From Patescibacteria group bacterium (lineage in GTDB: Bacteria > Patescibacteriota > Patescibacteriia > UBA11705 > DATKZF01), in NCBI GenBank assembly GCA_049319825.1, contig JBMORT010000002.1, forward strand, positions 204,072 to 268,071: a stretch of DNA of 64,000 bases. The letters run 5' to 3'. The notes below the pieces were generated by a model, which worked only from the letters and a program-made list of their open reading frames with translations, searched no databases and was not told the DNA's origin. Shown here piece after piece: positions 19,686 to 27,368 of the stretch; positions within the stretch are counted from its first letter, which is position 1, and the number at the start of each line of letters is the position of its first letter. The position numbers were made by a program, and so were the translations under genes.

Positions 19686-20620
19686 AATTTTCGCAAAAAA
19701 TTATTCAATTCTTCTTTTAAATCAATCTCATACTCCATCTCATTGCCCTGCAAATCCGTGAATTTCAAATAATATGATTCTAAAAACATGCGGCCGATGT
19801 CTGCCGGCTTGTATTGCTTGGATTTATATAATGGATCGCCGACCACCGGATGGCTGAGCGCGAACAGGTGTACTCTGATCTGGTGCGTGCGGCCGGTTTT
19901 CGGGCTGACATCGAGCAGCGAGTATTTGTTGTATTCTTTAATCACCTCGTATTGGGTTAGCGCTTCCCGGCCGAGGTCAGAGTTAAACGGATGGGCGGCC
20001 ATGGCGCCTTTATTCGAGCTGCGGCCGATGCGAAAAGCGATTGAGTCTTCTTTGGTGTCCAGTTTGCCGTAGATGAGCGCGTAATATTTTTTGGCAATGA
20101 GCCGGTCCTGAAATTGTTTTTTGAAATAATGAAATGCTGCCTGCGTTTTCGGAATAATCATCAGTCCCGATGTTTCTTTATCGAGGCGATGGACTATCGC
20201 CGGCCTGCTCGGATCGTCGCCGATATTTTTTAATTTAGGAAATTTTTTCATCAGCCAGTCGACCAATGTTTTCTCTTGACTCGATTCGGTGGGATGAACC
20301 AAAAGGTCAGCCGGTTTATTGATGATCAAATAATCGTCTTTATCGTCAATGATTTCAATTTTTTTAAAAAGCTCTTTGCTCATGTCTTTTTGAAAAACCT
20401 TTTTAACCTTGCTGATTGCTTTTTTTACTTTTTCTTCTTTGAATTCGACATTATCTCCGGTTTTTAAAAATTGATGCACAGCTGGCTTTTTGCCATTAAC
20501 CAAAACCAGGCCGGATTGAATTTTTTTCTGAATCTGACTGCGCGTGACTTCAGGCAGCGTTTCATTTAAAAATTTATCCAGCCGCCATTTATTGAATTGT
20601 TCTGATACTTTGTATTTCAT
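19682..20620 (-). CDS. rluD: RluA-family 23S rRNA pseudouridine synthase (RluD-like) with N-terminal S4 domain
   Basis: HRLDKETSGLMI catalytic motif; S4-like N-terminus. Confidence 0.85.
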   Translation of the reverse strand: MKYKVSEQFNKWRLDKFLNETLPEVTRSQIQKKIQSGLVLVNGKKPAVHQFLKTGDNVEFKEEKVKKAISKVKKVFQKDMSKELFKKIEIIDDKDDYLIINKPADLLVHPTESSQEKTLVDWLMKKFPKLKNIGDDPSRPAIVHRLDKETSGLMIIPKTQAAFHYFKKQFQDRLIAKKYYALIYGKLDTKEDSIAFRIGRSSNKGAMAAHPFNSDLGREALTQYEVIKEYNKYSLLDVSPKTGRTHQIRVHLFALSHPVVGDPLYKSKQYKPADIGRMFLESYYLKFTDLQGNEMEYEIDLKEELNNFLRKL

Positions 20621-20687
20621 GGGTGTATTCTAGCATTTGGGGCTATTTTTTTCAATAAAAAACGATTTTGCGTGGAAAATCGTTCGA

Positions 20688-21677
20688 TTAACACAGTTCG
20701 GTTTTTATCTGGTCCATGGAAAGCAGGTGTTTTCTCGCTCGAGTTAAAGTTTGTTCGATGCGGCATGGAGAAAAGTCCGCTTCGGTGAGAATTTTGGTCA
20801 AATCATCTTCTTCAATGATTGTTCTTGCCAGCATAAAGCGGGCGATTCTGCCGATTTCCGGAATTTTGGTGCCGCTTTTAATAAAGGCATGAAGTATTCT
20901 TTCACCTGGCCAATTTTTTTGTGAAAAAAGCGCGGTAAGAATTTTATCCAGCGACCAATCGCAGTCGCTGAGCGCCTTTAGCAGTCTGGCGTCCTCCCAG
21001 CGTAGCCATTCTGACATTTCCTGCACGATATTATAAGTGCTCCAGCTGTTTGCTTCGAGCGCGGCGATTATTTCAACGTCGTTCCAACCGGACTCCGTCA
21101 AATAGAGCTGCATGCTCTGCTTTGAGGACTTGGTGTCGCAAAAGGCTTTAACTATCCTGGATTTCGTCCAAGCTTGTTTCTCCAGAGTCATGACGATCAG
21201 GTGTCCTTTGAATATCTTTAACAGTAAGGCGACGATTTCATCGTCATCCCACTTCAAAGCGATCAGCGCGGTGGCGGTGCGTTCCAATATCGCGGTGTTT
21301 TTTTGGATGCCCAGCTCAAACAGCTGTCTCGAGTTTTCAGATAATAAACCGTGATTGAGAAAGAACAATGCTCTGGAAAAAATACTTACCCCGTATTTTT
21401 TTTCGGGAAAATAATCTCTGAGCGCTTCGATGATTAAATCATCCGGCAGGCCGGCGGCGATCAAATTCGCCACGGTGGCAATGTGAAGCAGCCGGATTTT
21501 TCTCCGCATTGACTCTTTTTCTATTTCCGAATTGGGCCATTGCGGTTGCTTGTTTCGGTCGGAGCCGAATATTTTATTAAGCAGCGCGACATTAATTCGA
21601 GCGCGGCTTTCCGGGTGTCCGATCAGTAAATCGCGGTATCTTTGCAGCAGCATTGGCAGGTCGCTGTTTGGTGTCAT
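20688..21677 (-). CDS. hypothetical alpha-helical repeat protein
   Basis: ~6 internal ~35-aa repeats (W/D-x-DD-x-I-I-x-A-L..); RBS GGAGGGGG upstream of ATG. Confidence 0.5.
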   Translation of the reverse strand: MTPNSDLPMLLQRYRDLLIGHPESRARINVALLNKIFGSDRNKQPQWPNSEIEKESMRRKIRLLHIATVANLIAAGLPDDLIIEALRDYFPEKKYGVSIFSRALFFLNHGLLSENSRQLFELGIQKNTAILERTATALIALKWDDDEIVALLLKIFKGHLIVMTLEKQAWTKSRIVKAFCDTKSSKQSMQLYLTESGWNDVEIIAALEANSWSTYNIVQEMSEWLRWEDARLLKALSDCDWSLDKILTALFSQKNWPGERILHAFIKSGTKIPEIGRIARFMLARTIIEEDDLTKILTEADFSPCRIEQTLTRARKHLLSMDQIKTELC

Positions 21678-21735
21678 GCTTCCCCCTCCAAGCGGAAAGA
21701 ACTTATTTATGATAACAATTTTTTGAAAAAAATAA

Positions 21736-21766
21736 AAGCGGCGATTTGCTTGGCCAATCGCCGCTT
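21736..21766 (-). terminator. terminator hairpin AAGCGGCGATT-tgcttggcc-AATCGCCGCTT (copy 1)
   Basis: 11-bp perfect stem overlapping the stop codon of gene 21765..22364, followed on minus strand by U-run. Confidence 0.55.
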
Positions 21767-22364
21767 ATGCAATTATTCTTTTTCTATTATAATGGATGGC
21801 CATGACGGCTACAGAGCCATTACCCAAAATGCCATTGACAAGCGGATATAGCAGTTGCGCGATGTCGCCTGACCAGTTTGAAATGATAACCGCCAAAGTC
21901 AGGCAGTAAGAGATGACTCCTAAAATCCATGGAGGCGATTTTTCTTTCAGCCTGCCGCTTTTAAGCCCCACCCAAATGGGAACAAAGGAAACGAACAAAA
22001 TTATTTGGAGCATCAGATTAGCCAGTCTGGCATTACCAGTGGTTAGCCAAAGGATTCCGACTGCGGCAGCCAGCGCCAGGCAGAAATAATCAAGCTTGCT
22101 GAATTCGACAAATTTACGTTTGATGTAAGAATACACAAAGACAATGATGGTCATGGCCGCGCAAAATATTGCCAATAAGCATTTTTCCCAACTGATGACC
22201 ATGATTGCAAAGGTGACTGCGTTCATGCTCATTACTACCAGCAAAATAATCCATGTTGCCGGATTGGGAATGGATTCCCCTTTCGAGATTTGCTTTAGAT
22301 AAATAAAATAAACCGGAATAATCAGGAGGCTTGACACCAGCCCGAGCATTTCCGATGCGGTCAT
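21765..22364 (-). CDS. hypothetical polytopic membrane protein (about 6 TM)
   Basis: start chosen at MTASEM with AAGGGAGA RBS 5 nt upstream; hydrophobicity pattern only. Confidence 0.5.
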   Translation of the reverse strand: MTASEMLGLVSSLLIIPVYFIYLKQISKGESIPNPATWIILLVVMSMNAVTFAIMVISWEKCLLAIFCAAMTIIVFVYSYIKRKFVEFSKLDYFCLALAAAVGILWLTTGNARLANLMLQIILFVSFVPIWVGLKSGRLKEKSPPWILGVISYCLTLAVIISNWSGDIAQLLYPLVNGILGNGSVAVMAIHYNRKRIIA

Positions 22365-22427
22365 TTTATTCTCCCTTCGTCTGCAGTTCAAAAAATTATA
22401 TTTTAAATAATGGATTTTGTCAATTAA

Positions 22428-22458
22428 AAGCGGCGATTTGCTTGGCCAATCGCCGCTT
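22428..22458 (-). terminator. terminator hairpin, identical copy 2 of the 21736..21766 element
   Basis: 35-nt identity to copy 1 including full stem-loop. Confidence 0.5.
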
Positions 22459-22495
22459 AAAAATTATTCCTTTGATTTGTTTTCTGTTTTTCGAA

Positions 22496-22693
22496 TCATT
22501 TTTTCTTTCTTTTTTCTGCCGTAAGCTTTTTCCTTGAAGAAATTCCCGTGCCCGGAATGCCCGTGTTCAGGAAAATCCCTTTTCTTCCGATGCTAATCGA
22601 CAGCCCCGGAATGCCGAAAGAAACTCCAATTCCATTTCCGGAAAGATTCAAACGAAGATTTCGGCCGAGTCTGATCCTTCGCTGGAAGCGCAT
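22496..22693 (-). CDS. DUF4236-like small glycine-rich protein
   Basis: MRFQRRIRLG..RLNLS..G.G.S.GIPG pattern typical of DUF4236; GGAG RBS. Confidence 0.5.
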   Translation of the reverse strand: MRFQRRIRLGRNLRLNLSGNGIGVSFGIPGLSISIGRKGIFLNTGIPGTGISSRKKLTAEKRKKK

Positions 22694-22704
22694 GTCTCTG
22701 CTCC

Positions 22705-22750
22705 TTTTCTAAAGTTAAAAAGAGGCGGTCTGGAATGTCCAAACCGCCTC
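22705..22750 (-). terminator. intrinsic terminator GAGGCGGT..ACCGCCTC + U-run
   Basis: 8-bp stem downstream of stop of 22772..23317 gene. Confidence 0.55.
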
Positions 22751-22771
22751 GCGTCACTGTGCTTGCAGCGG

Positions 22772-23317
22772 CTACTTCGTCGAGGACGAGCGCTTGCTCT
22801 CGGCGAGCGCCTCGGGCTCCTGCTCCAAGATATTGATCTTGGTGATGGCCTCGAAGGCGGGCTCGAGCTGCTTGAGCAGGGAGGCCGCCACTTCTCGGCC
22901 CGTGCCCTGCATGCAGTATTCGGCCACCTTGGCCACGGTGTTCGAGTTCGGGATGAATCCGTACTGAGTGGAGAGGTAGTGGACCGCGGTGGCGACGACC
23001 AGCGGTTCGAGCATGCGGCCGAGCTCGGTGTCGAAGTAACCGGGGTAGCTCTTGCCGAGCGCGCGTCGGACAATGCCGATGAGCAAATGGCAGGCCTCCT
23101 CGGACCCGGCGATCTTGGCGCCGTGCTTGAGGTTGTCCGTGACGGCCTGGAAAGTCTTGTTCGTCTTGTCGGTCATGGGGGGTCCTCCTTGGGTGGTTGA
23201 GCTGATGGCGGTATCAGCCCGTTTAGTTTCGGTCTGGACTTCGCTGTCAGGGTCTGGATCGCTCGCGGATTCTGGAATGCCCAGAACTTGCGCGATCTTC
23301 TTTTTCACGTTGGACAT
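22772..23317 (-). CDS. hypothetical protein on GC-rich (foreign-composition) island
   Basis: GC clearly ~60% versus ~42% flanks; strong AGGAGG RBS 6 nt before ATG (MSNVKKK); no family recognised. Confidence 0.55.
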   Translation of the reverse strand: MSNVKKKIAQVLGIPESASDPDPDSEVQTETKRADTAISSTTQGGPPMTDKTNKTFQAVTDNLKHGAKIAGSEEACHLLIGIVRRALGKSYPGYFDTELGRMLEPLVVATAVHYLSTQYGFIPNSNTVAKVAEYCMQGTGREVAASLLKQLEPAFEAITKINILEQEPEALAESKRSSSTK

Positions 23318-23421
23318 GCTGACCTCCTTTCGCTTCATGCCCCCAGCTTGATGGGCATAAAAACCGGCGATTTAACTCAGTAGACTCCTTCTCCACATGT
23401 TTTTGTTTGCTCGAGTTATCC

Positions 23422-24102
23422 TTAACCTTTTTGCATTTCCAAGTTTTCTACCAGAAGCATTTCAACAAACCTATCGATTACATCCGCTCTTGATTCAGTA
23501 TCTTCGCCGAGAGCCCTCAGCTCGGAAATCACGTCCGCATCGGTGATTTCTGATTCCTCGAACCAATCAGACTTTTTCCATTTCTCGTCAGCCGCCTGGC
23601 CCATGAAATCCAAATTGTTGCATGTCGGACAGGCGGCAAAAATGGATGGCCCGAGTCTTAGCACGACTCTATGGGAATCAAAATGACAGCAATTGGCCGT
23701 GAAATGCAAAGGATTTTCAATGCCCGATTCGATTTCCATATTAATTTCTTTAAAGACATTTCCCCAATCTGACATTTTTCTGAGTTTGGAATCAAGTTTA
23801 TCCTCGGAGACAGTCCATTTATTCACAAAGTTTTCGTCATCTCTTTGAACGTCTTCCAATTCATAGATCAGACCGCATGCAGGGCAATACGTGTAAAACA
23901 TTTTTGCGAATTCAAGAATCACCCAGTATGATGTCTGGGGATCATTACATTTTTGGCTTCGGCAGCGCCGAAAAGTAAAGAGCTTCACATCCTTGGGCAT
24001 ACTTGCCTTGAATTTTCTTTCGCGGGTTTTATGGAAGAATGCACAACGATCCCTGTCATGATTGTATGATTTGGCATATAGTGTTCCGAATGGCTCTGTC
24101 AT
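23422..24102 (-). CDS. hypothetical protein with two tandem CxxC-type zinc-ribbon-like halves
   Basis: internal duplication each with C..C and CP(A/T)C motifs. Confidence 0.5.
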   Translation of the reverse strand: MTEPFGTLYAKSYNHDRDRCAFFHKTRERKFKASMPKDVKLFTFRRCRSQKCNDPQTSYWVILEFAKMFYTYCPACGLIYELEDVQRDDENFVNKWTVSEDKLDSKLRKMSDWGNVFKEINMEIESGIENPLHFTANCCHFDSHRVVLRLGPSIFAACPTCNNLDFMGQAADEKWKKSDWFEESEITDADVISELRALGEDTESRADVIDRFVEMLLVENLEMQKG

Positions 24103-24285
24103 TTCTCTCTTCCCCCTTGGCGCTAATCAGCGCGTCTCGCGGTTGTCAACGAACAATTAACAAGCCATTATAACAAGAAAAAAATGAATATTCAATAATC
24201 TGTCAATAAAAAATATTATTATTTTAAATTCAATTCACTAAATTTAGATAAAAAAATAAAAATTAAAAAATTCTGTTCGTAAAAA

Positions 24286-24314
24286 TTGACAGATATTTAT
24301 CAATTTGCTATAAT
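24286..24314 (+). promoter_or_regulatory. sigma70-type promoter TTGACA-17-TATAAT, probably leaderless transcript
   Basis: perfect hexamers; -10 ends 6 nt before ATG at 24321. Confidence 0.6.
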
Positions 24315-24320
24315 AAAAGC

Positions 24321-25133
24321 ATGGAAACCAAAGCGGAACAAATCAAACTAATCAGCGAGCTGAGAAAAGCCGGATTAAAGCAAAAAGAAGCGGAAATTTA
24401 TGCCGCGCTTTTGGAATTGGGCGGCGCTTATCCTTCAAAAATAGCAGAATACACGAAATTAAACCGAAGCACTGTATATAAAATTTTGGAGGAGTTATCT
24501 ATCAAAGGTTTAGTATCAGAGGTTCAAAAGGGGAAAAAGCTATATTATCAGATTGAAAAGCCGGATAAATTGGTTCGCTTCGCAAAAGAGCAAATTAAAT
24601 TAGCGGAAAACAGATTGGAAAACGCGGAAAAAATATTGCCTGATATTGAAGGTTTATTTACTCTAACGCCGAATAAACCCAAAGTCAGTTTTTATGAAGA
24701 ACTTGACGGAGTTTTAAAAGTGTATGCGGATCATGTTGATGTCAAGGAATCATATGAACAGCTGGCATTTTCAAACACAGCCGGGGTCATTGAATTCATG
24801 CCATTAAAATTTAGAGAAGATTATGTAAAGAAAAAAGAGAAAATTTCCATCCCTTCCAGAGGAATTGTTCCTGACACGGAAAAGGATATTGATTATAACA
24901 AAACCGTATATAGAAATGTTAATAAAGGAATATGGCCGAAGTTGCGCTGGATACCGGCTAAAATGTTTCCCTATAAAGGTGAAATTACCATTTATGAAAA
25001 TAATAAAGTCTCTTTGGTTAATTTCAGCGAGCCGACGATGATTGGGGTAATTATTGAAGATAAAGACATCCACGACATGATGGCCATGATTTTCGAGCTA
25101 GCCTGGGCCGGAGCGAAGGAATTTGGAAATTAA
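24321..25133 (+). CDS. TrmB-family winged-helix transcriptional regulator
   Basis: N-terminal TrmB-type wHTH (KEAEIYAALLELGGAYPSKIAEYTKLNRSTVYKILEEL..KGLV). Confidence 0.7.
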   Translation: METKAEQIKLISELRKAGLKQKEAEIYAALLELGGAYPSKIAEYTKLNRSTVYKILEELSIKGLVSEVQKGKKLYYQIEKPDKLVRFAKEQIKLAENRLENAEKILPDIEGLFTLTPNKPKVSFYEELDGVLKVYADHVDVKESYEQLAFSNTAGVIEFMPLKFREDYVKKKEKISIPSRGIVPDTEKDIDYNKTVYRNVNKGIWPKLRWIPAKMFPYKGEITIYENNKVSLVNFSEPTMIGVIIEDKDIHDMMAMIFELAWAGAKEFGN

Positions 25134-25160
25134 AAGAAAGTTTGATTTTTACAGTTGGTG

Positions 25161-26486
25161 ATGATATTATTGAATAAATCAATAAAAAATATGACTCAAA
25201 CATTTATAAAAGATTTTAAAAATTTTAAAGACAAAGAGGTTTCAATCAAGGGCTGGGTTTATAACTTGCGCTCATCGGGCTCGATCATGTTTTTGCAGGT
25301 TCGCGACGGCTCCGGATTCGTGCAGGCGGTTGTTTCCAAAAAAGAAGTTGACGCCAAAGTATGGGAAGAAGCGAAAAAGATTACCACGGAAAGTTCCGTT
25401 GAATTGTCAGGCAAAGTAACCGAACATCCCAAGCAAAAAGGCGTTTTTGAATTGCAGGTTCTCGGCGTGAAAGTGATTCAAGTCGCGGCCGAATATCCGA
25501 TCGGCAAAAAAGAGCACGGCCCGGAGTTTTTATTGGATAATCGTCACCTGTGGCTCCGCTCTCCCAAGCAGTGGGCGGTCTTGCGCGTTCGCAACACGAT
25601 TATCAACGCGACTTACGAATATTTGAATAAAGAAGGATTTATAAAAGTCGACGCGCCGATTTTGACGCCCGTGTCATGCGAAGACACCACCACTTTGTTT
25701 GAAACGGATTATTTTGATTTGGGAAAAGCTTATTTGTCGCAATCGGGACAGCTTTATATTGAGGCCGCGATATTTTCGGTCGGACGCTGCTTTGACTTTG
25801 GTCCGACTTTCAGGGCGGAAAAGTCAAAGACTCGTCGACACTTGACCGAGTTTTGGATGATGGACGCGGAAGCCGCTTTTGTCGAACACGAAGAGAATAT
25901 GAAAATTCAGGAAGGGCTGATTTGCTTTATCATTAAAAAAGTCTTGGAGCAAAATCAATATGAGCTTGGCGTTTTGGAAAGAGATGTCGAGGCATTGAAG
26001 AAAATTAAAGCGCCATTCGGCCGGATGACTCACGCGGAAGCCGTTAAAAAGCTCCAGTCGCTCGGGTCAGACATTAAAAAAGACGATGACCTCGGCGCTG
26101 ATGACGAGACTTTGCTGACCAAAGAAAGCGCGGTGCCGATTTTCGTGGAGAAGTGGCCGGCGAAAATCAAAGCGTTTTACATGAAGATCGATCCGGAAAA
26201 CAATGACGTGGTGCTGGGCTCAGACCTGATCGCGCCCGAAGGCGCCGGAGAAATTATCGGCGGGTCTCAGCGCGAAGATGATTATGATTCATTGCTAAAG
26301 AGAATGAAAGCGCAGAAAATGCCGATCGAATCATTTCAGTGGTATCTTGACTTAAGAAAATACGGCTCAGTGCCGCACAGCGGCTTCGGCTATGGACTCG
26401 AAAGACTTGTTCGCTGGATCTGCGGCCTGCAGCATATCAGGGAAACTATACCTTTTCCGAGGATGATTAATCGGTTGACGCCGTAG
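25161..26486 (+). CDS. asnS: asparaginyl-tRNA synthetase
   Basis: class II core FRAEKSKTRRHLTEFWMMDAEAAF (E. coli AsnRS-like), C-terminal GSVPHSGFGYGLERL..IPFPR; start may be 25191. Confidence 0.85.
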   Translation: MILLNKSIKNMTQTFIKDFKNFKDKEVSIKGWVYNLRSSGSIMFLQVRDGSGFVQAVVSKKEVDAKVWEEAKKITTESSVELSGKVTEHPKQKGVFELQVLGVKVIQVAAEYPIGKKEHGPEFLLDNRHLWLRSPKQWAVLRVRNTIINATYEYLNKEGFIKVDAPILTPVSCEDTTTLFETDYFDLGKAYLSQSGQLYIEAAIFSVGRCFDFGPTFRAEKSKTRRHLTEFWMMDAEAAFVEHEENMKIQEGLICFIIKKVLEQNQYELGVLERDVEALKKIKAPFGRMTHAEAVKKLQSLGSDIKKDDDLGADDETLLTKESAVPIFVEKWPAKIKAFYMKIDPENNDVVLGSDLIAPEGAGEIIGGSQREDDYDSLLKRMKAQKMPIESFQWYLDLRKYGSVPHSGFGYGLERLVRWICGLQHIRETIPFPRMINRLTP

Positions 26487-26506
26487 AGCGAAAACATCGA
26501 TGCCAA

Positions 26507-26552
26507 TATACCCTTCGACCATGCTCAGGGCAGGCGAATTCATACTAATGAT
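26507..26552 (+). repeat. conserved ~45-nt 3' element (copy after asnS)
   Basis: ACCCTTCGAC..CTCAGGGCAGGC..AATTC..AATGAT, homologous to 35506..35550 after aspS. Confidence 0.5.
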
Positions 26553-26616
26553 ACGAATATTTAATCCGAATGCTCCGAATATCCTATCCGAATACCACGA
26601 ATATCCCAAAAGTTTG

Positions 26617-26641
26617 ATCCATGATCCATGATCCATGATCC
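26617..26641 (+). repeat. GATCCAT heptamer tandem repeat (x4) abutting start codon
   Basis: gatccatgatccatgatccatgatccatgat directly 5' of ATG at 26642. Confidence 0.7.
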
Positions 26642-26851
26642 ATGATTTATATGCCCATAGAAAACAGAGACGACGTCGATCCCGGCATGGAAGTGCTGAT
26701 TGTCCTAAAAAAAGATCAGCCCACCGGAAAATTGACCAAAGGTATTGTCAAAGAAATTTTAACCAATTCCGCTTTTCATCCGCGGGGGATCAAAGTCAGG
26801 CTCGAAGACGGGCAGGTGGGCCGGGCGCAGGAAATATTGGAGAATAAATAA
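26642..26851 (+). CDS. YwbE-family small protein (DUF2196-like)
   Basis: PGM.V.IVLKKDQ.TGKLT.GIVK.ILTNS..HP.GIKVRL..GQVGR pattern matches B. subtilis YwbE. Confidence 0.65.
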   Translation: MIYMPIENRDDVDPGMEVLIVLKKDQPTGKLTKGIVKEILTNSAFHPRGIKVRLEDGQVGRAQEILENK

Positions 26852-26890
26852 TTTTGACAATGAAAAATCATTGAGTGAAAATAAAAGTGT

Positions 26891-27262
26891 ATGGAAAAAG
26901 AAGTGACAACCAATAAAATTTTGGAATTTTTGCAAGAGCATGGCGCGACCAAGGCTGATATTAAGATTTTGAAAGGGGAAATGGATGAAAAATTCGATGA
27001 GGTTAATTCAAGATTCGATGAGGTTAATTCAAGATTCGAGGGGGTTAATTCAAGATTGGATAGGATTGAGTCACAGATGGTCACTAAGGAATATTTAGAT
27101 GATAAGCTCGCTGATTTAAGGGGCGATCTTGTTATTCTGACGAGAAAAGAAGACGCGAAATTAATTGAATTGGTTAAAATATTGGGAAACAAACAAGTCC
27201 TTGCCGAAGACGAAGTAAAAAAAATTCTGGAAATGGAGCCTTTTCCTAAATTAAGCTTATAA
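26891..27262 (+). CDS. hypothetical coiled-coil protein containing in-frame 21-bp x3 tandem repeat (FDEVNSR)
   Basis: protein-like plus-strand ORF; minus-strand overlapping ORF judged shadow. Confidence 0.45.
   Translation: MEKEVTTNKILEFLQEHGATKADIKILKGEMDEKFDEVNSRFDEVNSRFEGVNSRLDRIESQMVTKEYLDDKLADLRGDLVILTRKEDAKLIELVKILGNKQVLAEDEVKKILEMEPFPKLSL
26983..27046 (+). repeat. 21-bp tandem repeat x3 inside CDS
   Basis: attcgatgaggttaattcaag x2 plus a variant third copy. Confidence 0.7.
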
Positions 27263-27368
27263 ATGTTTTTAATTTAAAAGTAAAAAGTAAAATGGAATTA
27301 TTTTAAAATGTCTCGGCCGGGGCGTTTTTTTGATTGAAAAATATGACCGGATGTGATATTTTGATAAT

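Noticed and set aside
26617-26641. Possibility that heptamer arrays are a CRISPR array
   Set aside because: The units are 7 nt with no spacers, which is far too short, and there are no cas genes.
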